Source: Neolecta irregularis DAH-3
Taxonomy: Eukaryota
Direction: 5' to 3'
DNA length: 20,000 nt
NCBI GenBank assembly: GCA_001929475.1
Contig: LXFE01000126.1
Location: forward strand, 111,779 to 131,778
Shown here: one piece after another, positions 1 to 14,696 of the stretch
Numbering within the stretch: the stretch's first letter is position 1
Layout of the letters: each line of letters starts with the position of its first letter
Position numbers and translations under genes: made by a program
The notes under the pieces: model-generated
The model's input: the letters and a program-made list of their open reading frames with translations, nothing else
What the model was told of the DNA's origin: nothing
The model's database searches: none

Positions 1-365
<365 letters not shown>

Positions 366-519
366 TCACCGCAATGAATGATAAATAAGTGTCGACAAGA
401 TGAAAAATTCGACGATAAAGTGTAATTTGCGTCGAGGAGATAAAAATGAATGTAGCTGAGGAACTTGATCTTGTACCACCACTTTATCACATCATATTCG
501 ACAAACCTCTGAAATCGTT

Positions 520-1663
520 ATGACCTCTTTCAGAAAATACAAAATCACAGTGCCGTGCTCATCAGCAAATATCGGCCCGGGATTCGATGTAGTCGGTCTT
601 GCGCTTTCGATGTACCTGACTATAGTCCTCATAATCTCGCCCAGTGCTGAGACACCAAACAGCCATGATTCATTCAATTGTAAAATAACTTATGAAGGGG
701 AAGGAAAAAATCATATTTCCTTGCAAACGGATCATAATTTAATTACGCGAACTGCGCTGTACGTGTTAAAATGTCACAGCATAAACAAGTTTCCCAGCTA
801 TACAACGATACATATTGATAATCAAATTCCTCTCGGCCGCGGTCTGGGAAGTTCTGGAGCCGCGGTAATCGCAGGCGTGTTGCTCGGCAATACTACGGGT
901 CAACTCAATTTATCAAAAGATCGAATGATGGATTATGCTCTTATGATTGAACGACATCCGGATAATGTAACGGCCGCTATGATGGGTGGTTTCGTTGGAA
1001 GCTATCTTAACGAGCTTGATCCCAAAGATGCAGAGAGAGTAGAAATCCCTTTGAGTGAAGTATTGCCTGAACCTGCGGGTGGGATTGATACAGGACGACA
1101 GCCTCCAAAACCGCCGATGCAGATTGGTCATTATATCAAATTCGGATGGGCAAAGGAAATCAAAGCGATTGCTGTTATACCAAATTTTGAAGTTGCAACT
1201 GCCACCTCCCGCGGAGTACTGCCTACTGTTTACCCAAAGAAAGACTTAGTATATTTCCAGCAAAAGGACGACTAACGAGGGTAGATTTTCAATCTTCAAC
1301 GCTTGGCCGTCTTGACAACTGCCTTGACAAGATCACCGCCTGATCCAAACTTGATTTTCCAAGCTATGCAAGATAAAATCCACCAGCCATACAGGGCACG
1401 CCTGGTATGAAATGTTTCTTATCTTCAAGTAACAAAAGATCCCTGGACTCCCTGAAATTCTTGCCTCGGTAACACCAGAGACAGATGAAGGACTTCTTGG
1501 CATATGTCTTTCTGGAGCGGGACCAACCATACTTGCCCTGGCAGTGACAAATTTTGATTCCATAGCTGCCAATATCGTCAAAAGATTTAATGCAGAGGGC
1601 ATCCTATGTATAGTAAAAGTTCTGGAGCTGGCCAGAGATGGTTCTCAGATCCAGGAATTATAA
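520..1663 (+). CDS. THR1: Homoserine kinase (GHMP family), 2 introns
   Basis: Motifs VPCSSANIGPGFD, IPLGRGLGSSGAA and ERHPDN. Introns 1249-1284 (36 nt) and 1405-1438 (34 nt) restore IFNLQRLAVL, QDKIHQPYRARLIPGL and CLSGAGPTILAL. Stop TAA at 1661-1663. Confidence 0.96.
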
Positions 1664-2380
1664 TTGCACAGCAGTCGACTGATTATTATGTTTTATAATG
1701 TAATGAGTTACCATGATTTACAATGATCATGAAATTGGATACCTCTGACAATTTTCATGAACTTTACAGAGCCTGAGATCTCCTCTCATTTTTCTTAAAT
1801 GCGAAAACGGAAACCTGCAAATTCATGAAAGCATTACTCCCCGATAGTCCGAGTTCAGCAATCATGATGGACATTTCTGGTTCAACGTCAGATATTTTGG
1901 TATTATCAAGTTGACATTGAGTCGTGGACAGACGAACTATATTCCAGCCATGCTTGACGTACATTCAAGCCAAACCACTGTTAAGGTAAGTAATGTGACC
2001 CTTTGATACCGATGGTGATCTTTTTTTCATGATTATGTTACGGTCAACATTATTATTTAAACTGCTCAATGTAATATACGGCGACTCGATTCGAAAGAAA
2101 GGAACTTTTGTGTCTACATTAGCGAGCCCATGCAGCTGCCGGCCTATATAAATAGTAGATCGTGGTTCTCTCTTAAAGAAACAAGGCAAAGAAACCCCAA
2201 AATATGAAGAATGTATAGGATCCATCCCGAATACATCCATACAAAACTCGAACAAAACAATTTGGTCAAAAAAGCAAATCACAGGAAGCTTGGACAAGTC
2301 TTTGATCAAAGTTGAGCAATAGAAAACCCTTCCTGAAGCCAGTTAGGAGCTTCACAAGGAGAAAAAGACGAGTATTCAGA

Positions 2381-2895
2381 TTATCCCTGAGATTTGAATT
2401 GTTCCATCTGCTTGATAAACGTCTCTTCGACGTGATTACAAAGGTCCACAAGATCACTGAGACCTTTATCTAGAGCATCGATAGCGGTTACACCTTCACC
2501 TACACCATTAAGAACTTTCATGGATCACAATCTACCGTATGTCTGTACTCGAATATTGACCTTGGTCTCAGAAGGATGTGGTATCGAGTATCCACAAAAT
2601 TCTACGCCTGGACTATTGCTGATTTAGGGTTGACATTCTTGAGCTTTTGACATACTTTTTCATTATCATATAGCGCAGCGCATTCCCCAAGGTATGATCT
2701 TCCTCATCAATTTCGAATGTAGCAGCTGTGATATCTTCAGAAGCTCCAGGTAACTTTTCGTAAGTTTTAGTTGCACCACAAACACACAATCCTGATCTTT
2801 TTGTCTCCTGTAAGTTCTTCTGTTTGCAAAACTTGGTCTATATCCATCTGATCTTTAGCTTGTCGTTGCTCTTGAATAAGGTTCGAGTCGGTCAT
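2381..2895 (-). CDS. RPC19: RNA polymerase I/III shared subunit AC19 (RPAC2), 3 introns
   Basis: The spliced product contains [32 protein letters not shown] and [17 protein letters not shown]. First intron is 2754-2787 (34 nt). Stop TAA at 2383-2381. Confidence 0.93.
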
Positions 2896-2939
2896 GATAA
2901 TATTTTCTAAATTGTCTAATCGACTTCCAACTCCGGTTC

Positions 2940-2947
2940 TCACGTGA
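2940..2947. promoter_or_regulatory. Palindromic E-box TCACGTGA (Cbf1/bHLH-type) in the RPC19/NAD kinase divergent promoter
   Basis: TCACGTGA lies in the middle of the 97-bp head-to-head spacer. TCACGTG also occurs at 11794-11800 in another divergent spacer. Function is inferred only. Confidence 0.4.
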
Positions 2948-2992
2948 ATTACTCGGCTTGGCATATTCACACCAGTCAAAGTAAATAATTAG

Positions 2993-4520
2993 ATGGCAGA
3001 CTGTGGTCATCGCATTCAAACTGCATGTCGCCTGCATTCGCTATTACAGCTTTCGAATACGGCAGAAGGAATCGGCGATGAGATTCTTACGAGAGCTCTT
3101 CCAGATGCAACGGAACATAGCGAACCAGGAACTCCCGGTTCGCCTAATGGAAGTCCAAATTCGCTTCTGAGATGTCTTACGAAGAAAGAATTGAGCGATA
3201 TGGTGTTTGGCGTTCGTGAATTATCCAAGGGACTTGGTATGAACGACATTTGATTAAAGGTTAAAGGAATATTCAGGAAGTCCACGAATACATATGGATT
3301 TAAAGACCATCATGATCATTACTAAGCCCAATGATGAAGATGTGGTGACTTTTGCAAAAGAATTAGCTCTCTGGATACTCAAAACTCCAATAAAATCAAG
3401 TGATGGACAATATACCGTGTATTCTGCTCGCTTGAACATGACCTGCTAAACTTATGCAGCTTTGTCGATTTCAATTTGAAGAAAAACCCGAAATTTACAG
3501 ATAACCTGGAGAAGGAAGATATTGGAGATCGACTAAAGTACTGGACTCCTAAACTATGTACCAAATATCCAAACACATTTGACTTGGTTGTTACGGTACG
3601 GTACTTTACTAACACCTCTAAATCGATAGCTTGGTGGAGATGGAACCGTATTGTATACGTCGACACTATTCCAAAGAGTCGTTCCACCCGTTCTTTCTTT
3701 TTCTCTCGGCTCGCTCGGCTTCTTGACGTACGTATCACTCTTCTTTCATGATATCTTATCATTCGGAGGAAATTTGACTTCTCGAATTACCAAGAAACCC
3801 TCAAATTAGCATTTGAAAGTGTAGCCATCAGTTTGAGGATGCGGTTTGAGTGCACTGTTTCTCGGTCTCATATTAATAAAGACGACAAAGGAGGACAAAA
3901 GAGGACTAGCAGCCGTGAACGAGTCTTCTCAGTATTGAACGAGCTTGTTGTAGATCGGGGACCACAACCTTTTATGACTTCACTTGAACTATATGGCGAT
4001 GAAGAGCACTTGACTAGTGTACAAGCAGATGGGCTATGCATTTCGACCCCAACAGGTTCAACTGCTTATTCAGTAAGTTTTATAAAGATTCATGCTCATC
4101 TATTTAGCTTGCTGCCGGAGGATCTTTGACACATCCTGATATACCGGCTATGTTGATCAGTCCAATCTGTCTGTCTTGCAATCTGCCCTCGTTACTAAAG
4201 TCCAGGTCCCCATTCACTCTCATTTCGACCCCTTCTTGTCCCAGATTCAATGACATTGCGGATTTGTGTTCCGCAAGATGCTCGTAGTACGGCTTGGTGC
4301 TCCTTTGATGGTCGAAATCGTATTGAACTAAAACGTATGCTTCTATATCTACTAGCATATGCTCACTATGACAGAAGGCGATTATATAGCTGTTTCGGCG
4401 TCTCGTTTTCCATTTCCTACTTGTCTGAAAGTTAAACAGAGTGCTGATTGGTTCGAGAGCTTGAGTCGAACGCTCAATTGGAATGAGCGGAAGAGACAAA
4501 AGGGCTGGGAATTGGTTTAG
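2993..4520 (+). CDS. ATP-NAD(H) kinase (Utr1/Yef1-like), 7 introns
   Basis: The spliced product has [76 protein letters not shown] and [10 protein letters not shown]. Stop TAG at 4518-4520. Confidence 0.93.
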
Positions 4521-4745
4521 GGGATTTGTATTCTTGCACAAGCTTGCAGTATTTATTTCGTCGGTTTAAAGGCAACAAAAAGGGAAAGTCTGGGTATACG
4601 CTTTAACTTTCTTCTCTTTTACGCATAATGTTAACCATATCAATACGAAGAGGCTCAATAGACATAAATTGATCGATGTAGTCGAAAAAATCTAATTCGG
4701 GATGCGTCTTCTAAAGTCGCGATTAACCAAAAACTACCACCAAAC

Positions 4746-6162
4746 ATGACCAACGATCGTACGGTAACCGAAGCAGAACAAGCCAAATACTGGGAAATAT
4801 TTACCAGTCTTACACAAACGGGCGTACTGACAGGCCAACAAGCGAAATCCGTTCTCTTAAATTCCAAATTACCAAACGACAAGCTCGAAAACATCTGGGA
4901 CCTTGTATGAACATTCCTTCCCAATTCACATCTTATATCGCAGGCAGATATTGATGGGGATGGATGCCTGGACTTTGAGGAATTCTGTATTGCTATGAGA
5001 CTCATTTTTGACACGATCAATGGAGTATATTTCTAATTTCCCCGGATCAACTGAGGTTGAGGTATACCCGACCATACCGGGGACTTTACCAGATTTCCTC
5101 GTCCCAGCATCAAAATCGCATTTAGTAGCCGCGAATAAAGCTTTATCAGGGAATGAAACTAGGCTGCAGAATAGTTTCTCTGCGAATACCGACGATTCAG
5201 AACCAGTACTCGATCTTGTTATTTTTTTAACCAAGGGAATAGCTATCAGACAATTTTGATTGGTATATGTCTCCGGGAGATAAGGAACGCTACGATTCAG
5301 TATATACAACTACAAAAGATCGTCGCGGACAAATTGCATGCAAGTGATTAGTCATATATTCCTGCTAATTGACCAGTGGGTTCATTGACTGACCTGTACT
5401 CTTCCTTGAATGTACCTGATAGAGACTTGCGACGTGCATGGTATTCTGCTTTGACGTGGGTTGCATTTGATGCGCTCTAGGGATCTCGTCAACCCTCGAA
5501 ATGACCATACAATAGGAAAAGACCAAAGTTTAGTATTCCTTCATATTCTGAATCAGCGACATCGCGGATCAAGGATTCCAAACTCTGTCCCAGCCTCTTT
5601 GCGAGCTACCTTTGAGAAGACGGAGCCTATATATGATCTGGCTAAAGTCCGAAGCACGAGTGAAAATTTGTCTACTTCAGGCAAGAAAAGCGAATTTGCA
5701 GAAGGATATCTTGCTCGAATGGGTCTAGGCGGACGAAGTACCGGATATGAATCAAAAGGTTTGCAGATTTTTTCATGATATTCAGCTGATATGATAGGGA
5801 CGGATTTCACACTGGTCAAGGATACGGATTGGGAAGAAGTTCGATTACGTCGCCAGCTAGAAGACCTTGAACGGAAATGCGAAGAGGCAGAGGCAGAGGC
5901 GAAACGAAAACAACAAACTGCAAAAATATCGTCCAAAGTGTCATTAGCCAGACGAGAATTGGAGCAATTGTTGGAATATAAAAAGAAACAGTTGCAAATT
6001 GCCAAAGATAGTGGAAGAAATGGTAACCAAGTAGATTTTGGTGGGATAAAATCGGATATCGACATGCTTTCCCAGAATGTAGAGATACTGCAACAGCATC
6101 TCTCCAAAAGAGAAAAAGAGCTCGAGGAAATCAAGATCGAAATCTCTAGTGAAAAGACATAA
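4746..6162 (+). CDS. END3: EH-domain actin/endocytosis protein End3, 6 introns
   Basis: KYWEIF...[27 protein letters not shown] is an EH domain. Also present are [45 protein letters not shown] and a C-terminal coiled coil. Confidence 0.92.
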
Positions 6163-6299
6163 CGGATATTTCTGGGAGTTAGTGATAAAAGTCTTTTGGT
6201 ATTTACAGATTAAAAGATCTAGCCTGATATTTCCGAGTAAGCGCCTGTTAAATATCTAAACGCCTTGTACACTCTACAAGTACCAACAAATCGTCCCGT

Positions 6300-7630
6300 T
6301 CATTCAAGAGGGTCATAGTCGTTCTGGGTTGGAAATGCACCAGGAAAACGAAATCCACGAGCCGGACGAGTAGAACGTATTGATGAGGACGCAGAACTCG
6401 AAGATGGGGTAGTTCGAACTCGCAATGGTGAAGATGGAGCAGTTGCCTCTGGTTCTGGAGGATCGCTCACTGATTTTCGACATAAAGGACTGGGAATAAG
6501 CATAGCAGGACACCATTGACGAACCAAATGCCGTTGATTTTGAGCCATTGAGTGATACATTCAGTGTGGAAGAGATGCTTACAGGGAAGTTTAGCGTATA
6601 CATTTCCTACCTCGAACTCATCGCGACAAACTGAACATTGGGCCTTTGAAGCTAAAAAAGTCAGACAACAGAATTTGCAAGGTGGATCAAACCAGCCATT
6701 TCCCTATCGACTTTCTTCTTTGGAAGGCTTTCGATAATGTTATCTGCGGCTGGTGGATTAGCACTTTGGTGATGTGTCTGTTCAAGAATTTGCGTGATGA
6801 TATCATCAAGACTTCCGGTTCCGTTCGACTATACAGATGCCACGTAAGTGGACTTTCTGGAAAACAGGATTTTTGCCATACCCACGCAAATTCTTCGCCC
6901 CTGCCCCTGAAATCACGAAATACACGTTCAAAGCCAGCTGCATGGTTACCAAAAGCCGCGAATTGTGAATTGCCAAAGGCTTGCTGGAGGAAACTAGGTG
7001 CCAGTTGGGACATGGAAATTAAATTAGTCCTACCTTGCGAGATCTGTGACTTGTGGAGATGGGGATCCTTGTTGCACCTGGCCTTGTCTCGACCTGGCCA
7101 GTAAACATTTGAAAACAGATATAATTCATACTGGACAGTCGTTTCTGAGCGTGCAGTCCCGCCGTTGGTAGTTGCTGGATTCCCCATGAGCGATAGCATA
7201 AGATTCTCAAACATGGACAAGACATTTTCGGGAGCAGCCGTAGCTCCAGGTGTTGTTTCTCGTCGGTTGCCGAATATGTTTTGCAAGCCAAAACCAGCTC
7301 TTCCAGGACTTTCATGCTGAGGATCCGAGTCGACTTCGATGTCTTCGAATTCCTCAGCTTGGGTTTCCCAGTGTCTTCTATTTGGCTGGGGATAGTAAGA
7401 ACCGGGCAGCGGCTCGTCATCATCTGTTCCTTCTCCCGCCATAGACATGTAGTGAAATGCCCGCGGATCATTATTTTCTTCGATCTACGTGCCGATAAGC
7501 AAAGTATTCCTTGATGGCATACCAGTTCGAGAAAATCTGATCCGCAAGGACACCGTCCTTGTACAAGTTCTGAAGCCATAATTTCTGCCTGGCATTCATG
7601 GCAGAAGTAGCACTGTGGCTGTGACGGCAT
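6300..7630 (-). CDS. RING-H2 E3 ubiquitin ligase with N-terminal zinc ribbon (RNF115/RNF126-like), 6 introns
   Basis: N-terminus YFCHECQ...CPCGSDFLELIE and central LDDIITQILE. The spliced RING-H2 reads [35 protein letters not shown]. Stop TGA at 6302-6300. Confidence 0.88.
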
Positions 7631-7804
7631 AGGAAAAACTATGATATAGGTTAGCCAGACGATTTCTGGTGGTGAGTTTAGAGATTGCAACCGGACGACG
7701 CTGCTACGGCAAAACCGATAGGCGCGGCGCCCCGCCAATGACGCACACATTTACAAAACACCATTAAACTGCAAATACCTCCATCAACAACCACCATTAA
7801 AATG

Positions 7805-8416
7805 CTATCTTTTACGTATAGATCCTATCAAAATTCCGCCAAGAACAGCTGCAACAGTTCCAACCACCGCCATGCCCATGTATCCTTCTATGCAATGTCA
7901 GAATTGAGTGTCACACTAGGAAAAGCACACCTTTGGCCACCCGGTCGTCAATAAGAGCCTGGAGACTCTTTGCCTGCATGTTACCGGGCTCCTTTTCCAG
8001 CAGAATCTCGTTGTAGCGTCTTGCTTCAGTGTATTTCCCAAGCTTATAATGGCCCAAAGCGAGGTAATACAGACACTCTCTTCTGCGTTCTGGAGCTTCC
8101 CGATATACGGCTAATGGGATGAGACGCCTGAAATAGCAGCATTTGTACTCGTTAACAAGGCCACGCCCTCCTGCTGGTCCTGCCGTTTCTTGCTCTTTAT
8201 CAAGCCCCAGGCGTAGTTAAACCGGGTCTGAATACTGACAAACTGGCCCTCCTTCTGGAACTGGCGCTCCAAAACCTCCAGTTCTGCGTCTTCTGCAAAT
8301 ACATCAGAAGAGCATCACAGAAACGTACTCAGCGGTGCCTCGGCATCAGCAGCATCTGTAGTTTGTCAACATATATTTCGGATATGTAGCATACAAGGTA
8401 GATTGCTCTTGACCAT
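7805..8416 (-). CDS. FIS1: Mitochondrial fission protein Fis1, 4 introns
   Basis: Spliced product [66 protein letters not shown], ending in a transmembrane anchor and RKR. It is absent from the ORF track because its exons are short. Confidence 0.95.
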
Positions 8417-8498
8417 ATTTCTTAGTTTGGTATTCGCTTATAGTGTTTAAAAGGTGGGATGGTGGCGACGTCGGGGAATTACTCCATCAACGCCAAGG

Positions 8499-9211
8499 AT
8501 GATTGACGAAGCACCTGAGCTAATCAAAGAAACCACCAATGGTTTCCAAATATCTCAGGATATCCAGGCAATTTCTAGAATCCAAGATACTATACGCGCA
8601 ACAGCCCTTTTACGCAAGAAAAAATTGGACGCATCACGAGACGTCCTACGATGTTCACAAACAAAATATATTTCCTTTTCTGATAGCTTAGCATTGTCCC
8701 GCAGCTTTGAATTATCGAAATCCACAGCTGAGTCTTCACGAAACTCCCAAGCTAGAGCAGAACATCCTACTATCATGCTATCTCTTGACCGTGAAAAGTT
8801 TGGGCTGGCAAAGAACTTGAATGAATTGGAATCGAGTGTTCATGCCATGGAAAGCACTTTATCAAGACTGAAAGAAGAGTTAGAACAGCTCGATACGGAA
8901 GACGTTGCGGGCACTGTCGGCTCGATGGGTATACAGGATCCTACACTGTATATCTTTCCCCATATAACTCTAATCCCCAAAGCCTTCGTCTAAAGGTCTA
9001 TCGCATGATGAACATTGATCTCGCAGAGGATGACACCGGGAAAATTTCCAAGCTTATCGTCCGTAAGTGTGAAATTCTGCATTTCAACTGATACCTTGCA
9101 GGATCCGTTGGCAAGGAGAGCGATGTTCATGTGGTCAATGTGGAGAACAAATACAGTCCATATTTCTATGCCAATTATCTTTGGGATTTGCTGCAGAGAG
9201 AGCTTGAATGA
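8499..9211 (+). CDS. SPC24: Kinetochore Ndc80-complex subunit Spc24, 3 introns
   Basis: MIDEAPELIKET..FQISQD, then a coiled coil LDREKFGLAKNLNELES. The spliced C-terminus reads LRLKVYR..DVHVVNVENKYSPYFYANYLW. Stop TGA at 9209-9211. Confidence 0.88.
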
Positions 9212-9359
9212 TTTATTGGAGTTTTATGATTAATATTGTAGTATATAATGAACGATTTTCCTTTAACGTTAAACCAAAAATGTCTAATAATAAACCATCC
9301 ATGAAATTAAAATGACAATGATGCTAAATCCGAAAGGAAAGAATGAGAAAAGATCTAGT

Positions 9360-11789
9360 CTAATCCCTATACTCTGAATGATCATCTTCCCCAAGCAAAG
9401 GTCTCCACTCTGGCGATCTTCTCTTCCTCCAAGTCATGATCTTGGATCCCATCAATGCAATAATCAAAATACTCAGGAATACCCCCGTAGCAATAGCAAA
9501 CCCAATACCAATCAACTTTCCAGTGGGAGGATCATCAATGACCAGCCAAGCAGGACGCAATACTCTATCTAGAATGATAACTTGACCAGATTGAGAAGTT
9601 GATCCCCTGTCCAGGATACGCGCACTCTGCTCATGGCGATCCCCCTCGATATGGATTAGACTCAAATCGCTATTGAGTTTCCGAGTCGCAACTTTAAGCC
9701 CATTGAGCGATTCTCCCGCAGTCAAACAGCGAAAGGGATCCGCCTCGCAGTTCTCGTCACGATCCGACGACGGTTTGAGTATATGAAGACGAATGATTTG
9801 CTCAATATCTATTGTATCCTCGTTAATATCTTCATACTCTAGAACTGCATCCGTCGGTGCGAGAATAGAATAATTTCCATCTAAATCCAAGACGTTTAAT
9901 AAATTGGCTTTGGTGATTAACTCGATAAACTTTGAAGCTTTTCCTGCGACAAGCAAATCTTGTGGGGATATCGAAAATATAGTTGGGATCGGAATACAAG
10001 TAAGAGAATGACCCACTCCGTTCGCTGCAAGGATATCACGGTCTACTAATTTGCAATTTTTGGAACCATGTTGCAGTTTTATTTCTCCTTTCTGGTTCCA
10101 CAATTTAATCTTTTCTCCAAGACGTGTCTTGACGACAATAGAGGTTTTGCTGATATCTTGAGAATATAGAATCTTGTCAAGCTGAACGGCCGTGTTTAGT
10201 ATTAGATGTTTGAGCAAGGTGTCGTTTGATTGGACCAATTTTTGGACCAGGCCGAGTCTTTCCCATGCCAAGTTTGTCGGAAGCAGCAATGTTAGACTTT
10301 TCTCATTAATGTATAGTTCGTCCTCGAGACCAGCCTGATTGATAAATTCCAAGGATTTCGATACTGAGAGATCTGGTGTTGCAGCGAACGGAAAAGGCAA
10401 GGGAATGGATATGGCATTTGAAACCTCGTAAATTCTCGAATCGTATTTCTCAATGTAAGCTGAGATATTAGAAGCCTGAACAATTGAGAAAAAGTACCAA
10501 TATTTCCGGTAGACTCTGCGGTATTTATGAATAGTTTATTCCTATGCTTGCTAATTTTGATTCGCTGAGAATTACCATTCATTGAACGGGGTCGGAATTC
10601 CGTCTCCAAGAGATGACCGTCTTCAAGGTCATCTAGATCAACAGTGCCAGGAATAATATTGTAGGATAGTGATGAGAGATAGGGATCACCACTTGAAGTG
10701 GCGAAATCCAAGGCAGGTGAATCCACTGGTGCAAAAATGGTACGATTCCGTGTGTTGACTAGTTCTGTAATGCCATTTTTGATGATACACTGTGCGAATG
10801 TATCAGAACCAAGACCATAGAGTCCTTTTAATGGAGTGAATTCATAGGACCGTGGAATCGACAGACGATTTACAATGTGCTAGCAATTAAACGAGATTTA
10901 AAGCAAACTTGCCAAAACGCCTTGATTAGTCAACACATCTGGCTTTTCAACCTCCACTCCATCCACAGTGAACGACTTTTCTTTAACTTCAAGAGTGATG
11001 TTTTCGCCTTCTACAGTCCGAAGACTCAGCTTCTCAGGAACGTCTTGACGATATACGATATTTTCGAGAATATGACGATCTATGATCTTTTGGAGGTCTG
11101 TAGAACCGTGGCTAGTACAAAGATATGCAATTTCAACTTGGGACAATACTGAGAATGCCTTGTCATTAGGAGCAAATAGTGTCGAGGCAGGACGGTCAAA
11201 GTAGGTGTAATTTGATATAGAGAACAAGAGTTTAAGATCAGACGATGTTTCAACGAACTCGTCTAGTAATTAGCTGGGATCATTATTGAAAGTTACATGT
11301 AGATGGCGGAAGACTCAACAATTTATCAATAACCTGAATCACTCCATTATCCGCGTTCCAATTTTCTTTTATGACTTTGCTATTGCCAATCGCCATTATT
11401 CCGCTTTCAGAGACGTCAACATGAATACCGAGATTCGCCTTCTCGTTGATTTGGAGCCAAGTATCCGCTACAAAACTCCTCGAGTTGATCGTATTGGTCG
11501 TGTTAAGAATATGATATCTCCACAGATCGTGTTCCAAAATTCCATCTGGTTCAAAAGCTTCGAAAGCGTCATTTGTAGGTGCTACAAGAGTGATATTTCG
11601 AGATATGTTGATGTCTGAAATTAACCCTGCGTGTTGTAGTGCTCGCAACAGAGATTTAAACTGAGGATCCGAAGACAATAAATCGATGATCGAGACAGTT
11701 TGAGCATGAATTTCTGTCATTTGCGTCGTGCTCTCCTGCTTTTGATCCCTTTCTTGGTCTATACGGTTGAAAGAGTTCAAGAGCGCCAT
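9360..11789 (-). CDS. Multi-FAS1 (fasciclin) domain protein with C-terminal transmembrane helix, at least 3 introns
   Basis: Repeated FAS1 motifs TLVAPTNDAF, TLFAPNDKAF, TIFAP, TLLLPTNLAW, SILAPTD, ADNGVIQVIDKLL and AANGVGH. A TM segment IGIGFAIATGVFLSILIIALMG is followed by WRKRR. The start codon is uncertain. Confidence 0.88.
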
Positions 11790-11860
11790 ATCATCACGTG
11801 TTAATATCGCGTCACACCTATTTTAGAAAAAAATCCGCATCAGCGTTCCATCAACGAATT

Positions 11861-14559
<2,699 letters not shown>

Positions 14560-14696
14560 ATTTCCATCTGAAGTCGACCGAATATTCCCACATAGTTTCT
14601 ATCCGACGTTGTCATAGATCAACCACAGCCTGATATTTCATTCCGAGAATAAATTTTGTGTTGAGGCGTAAACAAACTTTCAACCTCTAAATCCGG

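Noticed and set aside
1965..1967. Selenocysteine or readthrough at the TGA joining two minus-strand ORFs
   Set aside because: There is no redox-motif context, no recognisable SECIS and no protein homology. Sec usage is not established in ascomycetes.
1810..1995. U1 snRNA candidate on the minus strand (TACTTACCTTAA resembles the U1 5' end; AATTTGC about 170 nt downstream)
   Set aside because: There is no U1-70K loop (GATCA..GAAG) or U1A loop and the Sm site is poor. The motif is equally explained as a plus-strand GTAAGT donor or a minus-strand branch site.
5553..6134. Long antisense ORFs (also 6646-7104, 4104-4541, 17846-18334 and others)
   Set aside because: They are shadows of well-supported genes on the opposite strand and have no independent motifs.
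9030..9065. Apparent frameshift in SPC24
   Set aside because: On recount the frame is intact (DDTGKISKLIVR) across the GTAAGT intron.
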